Shown here: one piece after another, positions 15,701 to 21,456 of the stretch
How positions within the stretch are numbered: position 1 is the first letter of the stretch
Layout of the letters: the number at the start of each line of letters is the position of its first letter
NCBI GenBank assembly: GCA_902573085.1
Contig: CACGHY010000002.1
Coordinates: 4,925-68,924 of the forward strand
DNA length: 64,000 bases
Direction of reading: 5' to 3'
DNA from: an uncultured Candidatus Poseidoniales archaeon
GTDB lineage: Archaea; Thermoplasmatota; Poseidoniia; Poseidoniales; Thalassarchaeaceae
Notes under the pieces: generated by a model
Database searches by the model: none
Seen by the model: only the letters and a program-made list of their open reading frames with translations
What the model was told of the DNA's origin: nothing
Position numbers and translations under genes: made by a program

Positions 15701-16027
15701 GCGAACCTCATTGAAAAGGGGCTGTTAAAGAGAACCGATAGCGGTGGCGGTGTCTCTGTCGTGTATGACGGAGAAACGCTGTCGTCGTCCGACGCCCATG
15801 CCATAGAGGATGCATTGGGAGACATGAGGAGAACGACGAGATTCATGAGTGAACATCTCATTGCTCTCCATGACTTCCAGAGCGATGCCAAGAGTGCGAG
15901 TTTTGGTGCGATGACCGACAATATCAGGGACGAAGATGCCATCCCTGACTTCATACAGGGGAAGGTTGTAACCAAGTTCCGAGACATCATGGACGACAGA
16001 CTGCCGACTGAGGAGGTGGAAGCATGA
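9752..16027 (+). CDS. Giant polyvalent protein (2091 aa): hydrophobic N-terminus, ArdC-like ssDNA-binding N-domain plus HExxH zincin domain, then about 1600 aa of uncharacterised modules separated by hydrophobic PALLDPS segments
   Basis: Single uninterrupted ORF. The start is preceded by GGAAGTGAAAAA (9738-9749). Internal motifs are listed in the sub-features, and the stop overlaps the next ATG (ATGA). Confidence 0.8.
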   Translation: MKNAMRTAMMTALLVVLISTQNVVTEETAIPSADSEMNTEIAIVGGLYDLAPKSRLRPSARQAQNHNRRVQILRDMGLIQSRSNGWPRLAVLGLVLALGLLHPALGLVGAVGAVLEAPETTMEHDPTNPETIEKMKADHAARPEWLKAIKDKALDQMWETFGPLLEGSLPSWQKPWKMVMNGIEYTVSRPVNALTGRAYKGANIFTLSGRFYPVWATQKQVNQIARKLKIELVWDEDYQTDYKENPGSYMVDVDGEMKPIIKDSFERNGEQRAIWVPFLKTFWVEAKDASGNVIMDPKTGKAKKKRIQKAQKGLGGMTVGKEALVWNIEDINLPTDRVLEIVPDFENTQPKTPVKEDIPVVEGAKTLVDSILNNLTGLRYKEAPNRAFYSPAQDYISMPPAGTFKDNGVTALEAFAATLAHEAAHATGHRLRLARAMGNPFGSKGYAREELVAELAAMMVIRAWGMNDVAPQHGAYLKSWATKYVGSPDPENPDVWMDSCRGVLKEAANASEWILSGMPEWFKGAKTTEGQEIEEEKPMPANAASMDISDLPSGYLFRAMAQDNGGGRDAPSQCCSGCSDDSGETITIEWNINTLNAPGFEKMAKRIQRAFDRRGLTFEYEVKDAVWVTEMRSLYGVAADAARARGDPTEVEFRVMRTPVSVTHSPLTDKGYEAMATLVPFDPSVTPLTDTEMLIRPIPTTEENEDDRNLWISEQLAKRYGHGNAIAYDPTVCDHCDQRKSNRKKLVLVRDTNNADADALVIGSSCLYDYTGVDPDMLEKLFTIRANHSPYEGMETDPLSWRKNIARMEITEFVDLVGENAAIFGSYRRGLGGTAMGQWMGYTVKEYISDFDRWGKPIDTTAAYRIVSNPRPKYDNPNGPQIIERPPTYEAVHVGGIRKWVLDALEASVKENQTDTFGRTLATVQRAGYVTYKTANFVAGSSSRYWKETTSYTKEIRDAAKSTDLTAFPAQAGTKWTGNLVATIADIRWFDDRFNPGVQKAIVTFVTNEHRLKTFSSAKWTQSIKKGQQVTITGFTAKKTEDYQGQGSLVVTYLNFGEAPAASLNAVGAFGLVPALLDPSMVSIAALGAAMVVGVVTAGRNDDDEGIFSYTTINFEQAHQWLDNLPPWIEPSHAEVYDNHQRMYAKHGLACMMFVFWNRGVSTTRYPDGIIQHVVVQDPDFEADTQRPHWHGIQDLWIHAWTDWDLVLYEQGWMNIDEKGNRITVEESKLRAVGAMGFIPALLDPSMASMVALGVAMVVGVVGRTKTTEEPTSCVPACIAEEYDPEGPSFGNDSGEVRGQHFDTCHNLEEMVSECVGEDPYTGRLEHIHYSRIKCNCLEIAMDWYEESEFVRGVLKDEGVGPLTNGGHLAESSIVADSYEDLERMKHPERFDMFGDRIEEIDPGLPNADEKLLQCKSCGAWSIMTPFTDADGEPNLVCEALDEDEVECGHIYWGMGAFSLLPALLDPSLTTLVALGVAMVAGTVRLSDLDKRKIPFETEGVNVQTLKQGVSPRQEAGRVWKTMLTGGEQEILDGHLSDYITIRNGGSSRYAISRCSFMDTTLTLAASVEEHNDERAVFRGCKEFSLRAYLVSEHRRKYDRITTDVATVNFSLKVKDVDADGDEVYRHSDPDYNLEDVVDRAVMVTTGLSEMKIDVDSTWRSNNVVTVDAKLVGLVSKLNDIVSDNLYEAFGLKEDMEKDTIAVSSPDGKVTASNPDNWLYRAFTTPWVLCGASDVSDLAEEAYEAWESLKQAKEFHKVTEASQKALDTIERYGGLPVEKDAPEAAWEKLSASKIETLTEDLELTRNNWGDSRMTDDVQRAIKGNKHTGALAYITRKANRRWSDAIKKSGSVRLLKTFFDRDNILDRAKEDFAEAIKAYVKTCEEKEVCWTEAIVQQGRFQSMMGHFRVMLENDFSEPIMRIWANGRYDSPVDARICRVGFMWNLEPTTIDIFEDCSPDTMWQDRAFDSDSDSEHLRVAYRVFEANLIEKGLLKRTDSGGGVSVVYDGETLSSSDAHAIEDALGDMRRTTRFMSEHLIALHDFQSDAKSASFGAMTDNIRDEDAIPDFIQGKVVTKFRDIMDDRLPTEEVEA
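10013..10102 (+). repeat. Degenerate N-terminal copy of the hydrophobic module (RLAVLGLVLALGLLHPALGLVGAVGAVLEA)
   Basis: The DNA ggactactacaccct resembles ggcactactagaccc of the three strong copies. It is a hydrophobic segment of about 30 aa. Confidence 0.4.
10169..11191 (+). other. ArdC-like antirestriction module (N-terminal ssDNA-binding domain plus zincin metalloprotease-like domain)
   Basis: LPSWQKPWKM...ALTGRAYKGANIFTL...VWATQKQV fits the ArdC-N/DUF1738 pattern. TLAHEAAHATGHRLRLAR...GYAREELVAELAAMMV (HEAAH at 11012-11026) fits the ArdC C-terminal pattern. Confidence 0.75.
12947..13051 (+). repeat. PALLDPS hydrophobic module, copy 1 (aa 1066-1100)
   Basis: AVGAFGLVPALLDPSMVSIAALGAAMVVGVVTAGR, followed by NDDDDE. 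Contains the 17-mer CCGGCACTACTAGACCC at 12971-12987. Confidence 0.85.
13445..13543 (+). repeat. PALLDPS hydrophobic module, copy 2 (aa 1232-1264)
   Basis: AVGAMGFIPALLDPSMASMVALGVAMVVGVVGR, followed by TKTTEE. The same 17-mer lies at 13469-13485. Confidence 0.85.
14111..14206 (+). repeat. PALLDPS hydrophobic module, copy 3 (aa 1454-1485)
   Basis: GMGAFSLLPALLDPSLTTLVALGVAMVAGTVR, followed by LSDLDKRK. The same 17-mer lies at 14135-14151. Confidence 0.85.
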
Positions 16028-16203
16028 GCGATTGCGACTACGGACGTGTCGAGTGTCCAACCTGTGGGGAGTTGGTCGATGAGGATGACATAGGAGCGTC
16101 TAGCATAGACCATGACCTGTACGACAGGACAGGGGAGGAGGAGTGGATAGAGCCTGTGAATCCAAATCAGTGCAAGTGGTGCGAGTGGGGGCCAGAAGCA
16201 TGA
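16024..16203 (+). CDS. 59-aa zinc-ribbon protein (below the ORF-track size cut-off)
   Basis: ATG 16024 overlaps the stop of the giant ORF (ATGA). MSDCDYGRVECPTCGELVDEDD...NQCKWCEWGPEA has CxxC...CxxC. Its stop overlaps the next ATG at 16200. Confidence 0.6.
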   Translation: MSDCDYGRVECPTCGELVDEDDIGASSIDHDLYDRTGEEEWIEPVNPNQCKWCEWGPEA

Positions 16204-16373
16204 CCGGGGACCACGCCAAGATTCACGATGCATATGAGGTCATTCTCGCGGCTAGGAAAAAGTGGAGTGACACTTTGATGGAGGCAGAGGAAGTGGAGGA
16301 GTTATTCCTTGAGACACTACGCGATGTCGAGTATGCCCTATTCCCTGAGATACATGAGGAGGTGAAGGCATGA
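16200..16373 (+). CDS. Hypothetical acidic protein (57 aa)
   Basis: In-frame 3' part of track ORF 16143..16373. ATG 16200 forms an ATGA overlap with the upstream stop. MTGDHAKIHDAYEV... Confidence 0.5.
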   Translation: MTGDHAKIHDAYEVILAARKKWSDTLMEAEEVEELFLETLRDVEYALFPEIHEEVKA

Positions 16374-16660
16374 CCGAGGAGTGGACGCCAACGGAGTTCG
16401 ATGAGGACGTGGAGGTAGTCATAGAGGAGCGCATGACGCTCGCTGATGGCAGGGTCATGGTTCTGAACATAGAGGACAGGATCGTGACCATGACGCACCC
16501 TCTGACGGGCCATACCATGACCGGCCCCATGACATGGATCGGGAAGGAGTTCTCTAGGCTAGATTTGGTTGTGGGCCACATCAAGATGGCCGACCAGATA
16601 CAGGCAGGTATGCAGAGGGCGACCGACTACGAGGACGAGAACCTAGAGAGTGAAGAGTGA
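16370..16660 (+). CDS. Hypothetical protein (96 aa)
   Basis: Track ORF with an ATGA overlap at its start. Acidic C-terminus LESEE. Confidence 0.6.
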   Translation: MTEEWTPTEFDEDVEVVIEERMTLADGRVMVLNIEDRIVTMTHPLTGHTMTGPMTWIGKEFSRLDLVVGHIKMADQIQAGMQRATDYEDENLESEE

Positions 16661-16699
16661 GTGGATAGAGGATTTATACAGAGAGAGGGTCGAGGGAGC

Positions 16700-16969
16700 A
16701 TGATGAGTGAGCCGATCGAGTTTACTTTCGTCATAGTGGTCTTTGAATCAACAGAGCCGTCATATCGCGTCATAGGAGAGATTCTGAGCGAGGATGGGGC
16801 CAAGGCTACGGTCACGGCTGATTTCGACAGTCTGGAGGCGGCAGAGGGGTGCTTTGCGGCTCATGAGGAGACTGCTGTCAAGCGTGATTTCAGGTGCATA
16901 TCCCGCAACGCTATTCCCAAGGATGAGGACTCATGGATTACCATGTCGAGATGGAGGTCTAACAAATGA
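16700..16969 (+). CDS. Hypothetical protein (89 aa)
   Basis: Track ORF 16661..16969 starts at GTG. The in-frame ATG at 16700 is preceded by GAGGGAG, so the start is uncertain. Confidence 0.5.
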   Translation: MMSEPIEFTFVIVVFESTEPSYRVIGEILSEDGAKATVTADFDSLEAAEGCFAAHEETAVKRDFRCISRNAIPKDEDSWITMSRWRSNK

Positions 16970-17211
16970 CAAAGCAGGGCTATTTCAAAGAGGAGTGGAG
17001 GCCAAGGAAATCGAAGCGTAGCGCGTGGCGCGAGAGAAGGCAGGGGTATCTCCAGAGGAGACTCAATGCGGGTCTGGCTAGAAAGCGAAGGTGTTCCTGT
17101 TGCAACGGCATGGGTTTCACCATCGAGGAGTTGCCATACAAAGAGCAGAGGGCAATCTTAGACGCCAGAACAGAGGATAGAAGACGAAGACGGAAGGAGG
17201 AGGAGGAGTGA
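16966..17211 (+). CDS. Basic Arg/Lys-rich protein (81 aa) ending in EEEE
   Basis: Track ORF with an ATGA overlap at its start. Contains CSCCNGMG. The 3' end AGGAGGAGGAGGAGTGA holds the next gene's SD and GTG start. Confidence 0.55.
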   Translation: MTKQGYFKEEWRPRKSKRSAWRERRQGYLQRRLNAGLARKRRCSCCNGMGFTIEELPYKEQRAILDARTEDRRRRRKEEEE

Positions 17212-17480
17212 CTGATCTGCCATCATGGGCCGACGCCGCGAAGGCGATAGAGGGAGTCGAGGTTCTGGATAAGCCACGTTGGAAGGACGGCGAACCATGC
17301 CCGGACTGTGGCCGCGTGGATGAGGGATGCAAGCACCCAGAGGCAGAGGGAGAATTACCGGGGAGGATTGTGTGCTACGACTGTTGGACCGTCCTCCATG
17401 GTGGCCTAGAGGAGGGAGAGGAGTGGGTGTGCAAGACCTGCTGTCACTTCGATTACCCTCTGGTCAGGCGGCTACCCTAG
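17208..17480 (+). CDS. Cys-rich zinc-ribbon protein (90 aa)
   Basis: GTG start in a GTGA overlap. CPDCGRV...C and CYDC...CKTCC pairs. Confidence 0.55.
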   Translation: MTDLPSWADAAKAIEGVEVLDKPRWKDGEPCPDCGRVDEGCKHPEAEGELPGRIVCYDCWTVLHGGLEEGEEWVCKTCCHFDYPLVRRLP

Positions 17481-17604
17481 TAAGGATTCATAACGATACA
17501 CCAGTCTGTGGGGTCGATGGTTCAGTCGAGTCGCCCCCTGCTAATCCCCCTGTTCGTGGTTGCGATCGACTGGACTATCCTATACAATCAAGGGAGTATG
17601 TATC

Positions 17605-17712
17605 ATGTATAGGGCGTGTCAATGCAACAAGCCCGGTTGTTCCAACTGGAGTCCATCTCCCGCCGCATTGTGCTTCTATTGCAGGACGTGGGGAGAGACT
17701 GAGGATGCTTGA
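17605..17712 (+). CDS. 35-aa Cys-rich micro-ORF upstream of the chaperonin
   Basis: MYRACQCNKPGCSNWSPSPAALCFYCRTWGETEDA. AAGGGAG lies 7-13 nt upstream of the ATG. Not in the track because it is under 60 aa. Confidence 0.3.
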   Translation: MYRACQCNKPGCSNWSPSPAALCFYCRTWGETEDA

Positions 17713-17716
17713 GGTA

Positions 17717-17839
17717 ATGGCGACCAGTCCAGAGCAAGCAGAGGCAAATTGGGAGTTAATCAAGGGCATGGCCGCGTGGGGAGGAGTCGCTTTGCTGTGG
17801 CTCTATCTCTATGTCAAAGTCAAGGAAATCCTGAGATAA
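17717..17839 (+). CDS. 40-aa predicted membrane micro-protein
   Basis: MATSPEQAEANWELIKGMAAWGGVALLWLYLYVKVKEILR. GAGGT lies just upstream of the ATG. It is the 3' part of the otherwise implausible track ORF 17327..17839. Confidence 0.3.
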   Translation: MATSPEQAEANWELIKGMAAWGGVALLWLYLYVKVKEILR

Positions 17840-17880
17840 GGTCGGCGGGATTAAATGTCAATCCTGTCAGCACCGACGTT

Positions 17881-19464
17881 ATGAACAACGTGCCACAAGG
17901 CAACCAACCGATATTCATAATGAAGGAGGGGACGGAGCGAATCAGGGGAAAGCCCGCCCAGAGCAACAACATCGCGGCGGCTAAGGCCGTCGCTGAAACC
18001 GTGAGATCCACGCTCGGTCCAGAAGGAGCCGACAAGATGTTAGTGGACCCATCAGGAGATGTGGTCATCACCAACGACGGAGCCACGATATTGAACAGGC
18101 TAGACGTTGAACACCCTGCCGCGAAACTCATCATAGAGGTATCCGAAACCCAAGAGCAGGAGGCTCACGATGGAACGACATCAGCCGCCGTTCTGGTGGG
18201 AGCCATACTAGAACGTGCGGAGGATTTGCTAGACGACAGCATACACCAGACAATCATATGCAGGGGCTTCAAGGAGGCTCATGACTTAGCCAAGGACGAG
18301 TTAGCCACATTGGGATGGGATGCCACAGAGGAGGACTTGACTAGCGTCGCCATGACTAGCCTGACCGGGAAGAGTGCAGAAGGAGCGGCAGAGGTAATCT
18401 CAGCAATGTGCGTCGAGGCCGTCCAGACAATAGGTGATGAGGGTACGTTAGATGACATCATGGTAGCCTCATTCTCTGGTGGGACGTATGATGAGTCCGC
18501 ATTGATTCATGGTGTCCTCATAGAGAAGGAGCGAGCGCACAGCGAGATGCCCGCGAGCCTGAACGACGCTCATGTCCTACTGGTCACAGAGGAGATTGGC
18601 ATCAAGGAGTCGAAGTTCGACACGACGCTCAACATCAACAACCCAGATCAGGTCAAGGACTTCTTGGCTCAAGAGGAGGAGATGCTCAAGGGGATGTGCG
18701 CGGAGATAATATCAACAGGTGCTAATGCGGTGTTCTGCCAGAAGGAGGTGGATGACCTCGCAATGCACTATCTAGCGAAGGCCGGGATCTTCTGCCTAAA
18801 GCGCGTGAAGAAGAGCAGGATGGAGGCACTCAAGAAGGCAACGGGCGCGAGGTTCGTCAATGGCTTGGAGGATATAGACCCGGAGGACATGGGTCTGGCT
18901 TCTAGTATTGAGGAGGTCAAGTTCGGAGACTATCATTGCACGGTCCTGAAATCAGATAGGACGACAAGCGTTACTGCCGTGCTTCGTGGTAGTACCGGCC
19001 ACTCCCTAGATGAGATAGAGAGAGCATGGGACGACGCCATGGGTGTGGTTTTCCTGAGTGCTAGGGCCAAGAAATTGGTTGCAGGAGGTGGAGGAGTGTA
19101 TGCCCACCTAGCCCGACATCTGAGGTTGAAGGCCGCTACCATGGGAGACAGAAAGGGAATGGCAATCTCCGCTTTCAGCGACGCTCTGGAATCAATACCG
19201 AAGACTCTGGCGGAGAACGCCGGAATCGATCCGGTCGATGCAGTCCTCGCGCTACGCAAGGCAGAGAGCGCGGACTACGGGATAAACACACAAGGGGATG
19301 TGGTGAACATGAGGGATGCGAAGGTCATAGAGCCACACAAGGTAGTGTGGACAGCACTTGGCTCCGCTACCGAAGCCGCCATCATGATTCTAAGAATAGA
19401 CGACGTGATTAGTATGAAGGCAGGTGACGGGGGTATGCCACCAATGCCGGGGATGATGGGTTGA
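17881..19464 (+). CDS. ths: Group II chaperonin (thermosome/CCT family), 527 aa
   Basis: Starting at MNNVPQGNQPIFIMKEGTER: LGPEGADKMLV, VITNDGATIL, VEHPAAKLIIE and HDGTTSAAVL are signature motifs. The Gly/Met/Pro tail GDGGMPPMPGMMG is typical of thermosome C-termini. I chose ATG 17881 rather than the alternative start at 17749 used by the track. Confidence 0.9.
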   Translation: MNNVPQGNQPIFIMKEGTERIRGKPAQSNNIAAAKAVAETVRSTLGPEGADKMLVDPSGDVVITNDGATILNRLDVEHPAAKLIIEVSETQEQEAHDGTTSAAVLVGAILERAEDLLDDSIHQTIICRGFKEAHDLAKDELATLGWDATEEDLTSVAMTSLTGKSAEGAAEVISAMCVEAVQTIGDEGTLDDIMVASFSGGTYDESALIHGVLIEKERAHSEMPASLNDAHVLLVTEEIGIKESKFDTTLNINNPDQVKDFLAQEEEMLKGMCAEIISTGANAVFCQKEVDDLAMHYLAKAGIFCLKRVKKSRMEALKKATGARFVNGLEDIDPEDMGLASSIEEVKFGDYHCTVLKSDRTTSVTAVLRGSTGHSLDEIERAWDDAMGVVFLSARAKKLVAGGGGVYAHLARHLRLKAATMGDRKGMAISAFSDALESIPKTLAENAGIDPVDAVLALRKAESADYGINTQGDVVNMRDAKVIEPHKVVWTALGSATEAAIMILRIDDVISMKAGDGGMPPMPGMMG

Positions 19465-19742
19465 GTCCCTTCAAGAGAATCATGACTGGAAAGACGAAGC
19501 GGCTACGGCTCAAGATTGTGAAGCACCTTGAGAAGAAGGGTCCGCAAACGACACAGCAGATTTTCGACCACATCAACAAATCGTCCTATGGTGGAACCAC
19601 ATTACAGCAAACCACCAATGTCCTATCGAAAGACCCCCGGTTCAGAGCGATCGGTTTCGTCCAGACCAAATCACCCATCGAGAACCAGAGGTACAACATA
19701 CAGGTCTGGGACTTGACGTTGGATTACAAGGACTGGTCATGA
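19461..19742 (+). CDS. Small putative winged-helix DNA-binding protein (93 aa)
   Basis: LKIVKHLEKKGPQTTQQIFDHINKSSYGGTTLQQTTNVLSK...IQVWDL is a wHTH-like pattern by eye only. The start overlaps the chaperonin stop. Confidence 0.4.
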   Translation: MSPFKRIMTGKTKRLRLKIVKHLEKKGPQTTQQIFDHINKSSYGGTTLQQTTNVLSKDPRFRAIGFVQTKSPIENQRYNIQVWDLTLDYKDWS

Positions 19743-20011
19743 TGAAGCCATACGCTCGCAGACACAAGAAGAGAGGCCCCGCTCGCAAGCCTGAGAATTA
19801 CAGGCAATGCAGAGATTGCAAGAAGCACAACATCAGGACGCAATCCAAGGATACTGTTGTCCGATGTGGAAGATGCGCTAGACTCAGGAGAGAGGCCAAC
19901 GGATGGCGAATGCAAGCGCACCCCCACATCACGGATAATGGTGTTATTCCTCCTCGTCCTCAGTCAGAGGATCACCCCCTCTTGAATCAGATAATAGATA
20001 GCACCGACTGA
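19739..20011 (+). CDS. Basic zinc-ribbon protein (90 aa)
   Basis: CRDCKKHN...CGRCARL. ATGA overlap at the start. The 3' end overlaps the convergent minus-strand ORF 19964..20341. Confidence 0.45.
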   Translation: MMKPYARRHKKRGPARKPENYRQCRDCKKHNIRTQSKDTVVRCGRCARLRREANGWRMQAHPHITDNGVIPPRPQSEDHPLLNQIIDSTD

Positions 20012-20341
20012 CACGCCCAACTGAAAGGCGGCTCCAAATCCGGCCTTCACGGCTGAAAATAGGACATCCATAACCTTCTGTCGGCGGGCCTTTCTTGCCT
20101 CGCATACGTCACAATTTCTCACTTTGTTCACCTCCCTTTTCTTTTGCCTACTATGAACGGAGTGTCGGATTGGTTTGCCAGAGGGAGTTACTGGATTGTC
20201 ATTCAGTAGTTTCAATGTCTCCTCAAGACTCGTGTCCAACCTACACCAACCACAGATGCGTCGGTCATAGGTTGTCTTACCACATTTCACACAATCATAT
20301 CGTATTCGTTTCATGTTCTTCCCCCAAGTGCTTTCGCCCAC
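19964..20341 (-). CDS. Zinc-ribbon protein with C-terminal hydrophobic helix (125 aa); lone minus-strand gene in the plus block
   Basis: CVKCGKT...CGWC and CDVCEA, with the C-terminal AVKAGFGAAFQLGVSVGAIYYLI. It is followed upstream by a 194-bp intergenic region. Confidence 0.45.
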   Translation of the reverse strand: MGESTWGKNMKRIRYDCVKCGKTTYDRRICGWCRLDTSLEETLKLLNDNPVTPSGKPIRHSVHSRQKKREVNKVRNCDVCEARKARRQKVMDVLFSAVKAGFGAAFQLGVSVGAIYYLIQEGVIL

Positions 20342-20535
20342 AAAATGGGTTCGATTCTCGCTCGTGCAGTTTCGATTCTATTTCGATTGAAAATGCACGT
20401 TGTATATCCAAAAACAGGCATTTTTTAGCCAAAATGGCTCGCAGTACCCCGTTTTTGGGCAGAAGCCTTTATGGTCAAATACCGACTCGTTAATTTTACC
20501 GAGGCAAAATTGGCCCGGTTTATGGAAGTGAAAAA
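20342..20535. promoter_or_regulatory. Divergent intergenic region with three direct TTCGATT repeats and the GGAAGTGAAAAA leader
   Basis: TTCGATT at 20350-20356, 20371-20377 and 20382-20388. The 12-mer GGAAGTGAAAAA at 20524-20535 is identical to 9738-9749. The region looks relatively A+T-rich by eye. Confidence 0.4.
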
Positions 20536-20745
20536 ATGAATTGGAAAAAGAAGAAAAAGAAAGCAAAGAAAAACCGAAAAATCGGTAGGGAGCCAGTCCC
20601 CAAAGATACGGCAGAAATGATGGCGATGATTGACGCCCATATCGAGAAGCAATTGAGACTGACGCCTCCTCATATGAAACTGAAAGTAAAAATCAGGGAG
20701 ACTACTGAGGGAATGGTATTGGACTTCGATAGGGTGAGAAGGTAA
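20536..20745 (+). CDS. Hypothetical protein with poly-Lys N-terminus (69 aa)
   Basis: Track ORF. MNWKKKKKKAKKNRK... The start is directly preceded by GGAAGTGAAAAA. Confidence 0.5.
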   Translation: MNWKKKKKKAKKNRKIGREPVPKDTAEMMAMIDAHIEKQLRLTPPHMKLKVKIRETTEGMVLDFDRVRR

Positions 20746-21237
20746 ATGCCTAGACCAGTAAGAACCGTGGACGATCTGATTGGGAAGAAGGTGATGGTTC
20801 CCATCAATCTCCTGCTTCCTAAGTCGAAGTGGGTTTCCGCCTTTGTCTCCAAGATATGCAAAGTCGTGGGAGTCAAGCAGGACAGGACAGGGGCCATCAC
20901 TCACATCTATGTGGTGAGAGAAAAGGAGAGGAAATTCGACAAGAGGACAGGGCGATACAAGGTCGTGAAATTCCTCAAGACCAAGAAGCGCATCCCTGTC
21001 GAACACTGTACCGAGACAGTTAGGAGAATCCGAAGGAAGGGGAATGCGACATTCCAGTGGGAGTTTCCATCATCCAACATAGTCAAAATCAAAGCAGGAG
21101 TGCAATGGGAAGGTGCTTGGGCTTCGTTGGCATGGTGGCTTAACGACCAAGACCTAATTCCATTCTCTAAGGACAAGAGATTGGACTTGAACAAGGTCAC
21201 AAGAGGAGCAATCATAAGCGAAACGCCCCTTTGCTAA
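20746..21237 (+). CDS. Hypothetical basic protein (163 aa)
   Basis: Track ORF that starts 1 nt after the upstream stop. No motif recognised. Confidence 0.55.
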   Translation: MPRPVRTVDDLIGKKVMVPINLLLPKSKWVSAFVSKICKVVGVKQDRTGAITHIYVVREKERKFDKRTGRYKVVKFLKTKKRIPVEHCTETVRRIRRKGNATFQWEFPSSNIVKIKAGVQWEGAWASLAWWLNDQDLIPFSKDKRLDLNKVTRGAIISETPLC

Positions 21238-21239
21238 TC

Positions 21240-21398
21240 ATGCCCGTGTGTTTCAGGTGCAGAAAGGACATCAATACTAGGAACACCAAATCATCAGTCT
21301 CGCAAGCGACTCGCAAGAGATGGTACTGTGGCAAGTGCTACCTGTTGAACATGAAGGAGAAGCGTTCTGGCATGGTTGCATATCACAAGCGGAAGTAG
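21240..21398 (+). CDS. 52-aa zinc-ribbon protein (below the track cut-off)
   Basis: MPVCFRCRKDINTRN...RWYCGKCYLLNMKEKRSGMVAYHKRK, with CxxC...CxxC. The ATG lies 2 nt after the upstream stop. Confidence 0.5.
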   Translation: MPVCFRCRKDINTRNTKSSVSQATRKRWYCGKCYLLNMKEKRSGMVAYHKRK

Positions 21399-21456
21399 GT
21401 TCAAATACTACCCCCACTCATGAAGTATTCCCCGATGAGGGCTAGGAGACAATAGA

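Noticed and set aside
17327-17839. 170-aa track ORF upstream of the chaperonin
   Set aside because: Its Arg/Gly/Pro-rich N-terminal two-thirds overlap the better-supported 17208..17480 gene and a non-coding stretch. Only the last 40 codons (17717..17839), which have their own GAGGT plus ATG, look like a plausible micro-gene.
17717-17839. AEANWELIKG in the 40-aa membrane micro-protein resembles the A-W-x-L-[IV]-K part of the array leader
   Set aside because: It lacks the Phe-Asp part, is not at the N-terminus, and is only a 5-6 residue match. This is most likely coincidence.
20425-21006. 193-aa minus-strand ORF
   Set aside because: It overlaps two coupled plus-strand genes (20536..20745 and 20746..21237) that fit the operon structure. 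Its product is low-complexity (His/Leu/Phe/Pro-rich), so it is probably a shadow ORF.
21393-21415. GGTTCAAAT, a tRNA T-loop-like sequence
   Set aside because: Flanking sequence cannot form acceptor, D or anticodon stems, with only a 4-bp T-stem possible. The segment is the 3' end of a zinc-ribbon ORF plus its spacer. No tRNA is supported anywhere in the window.
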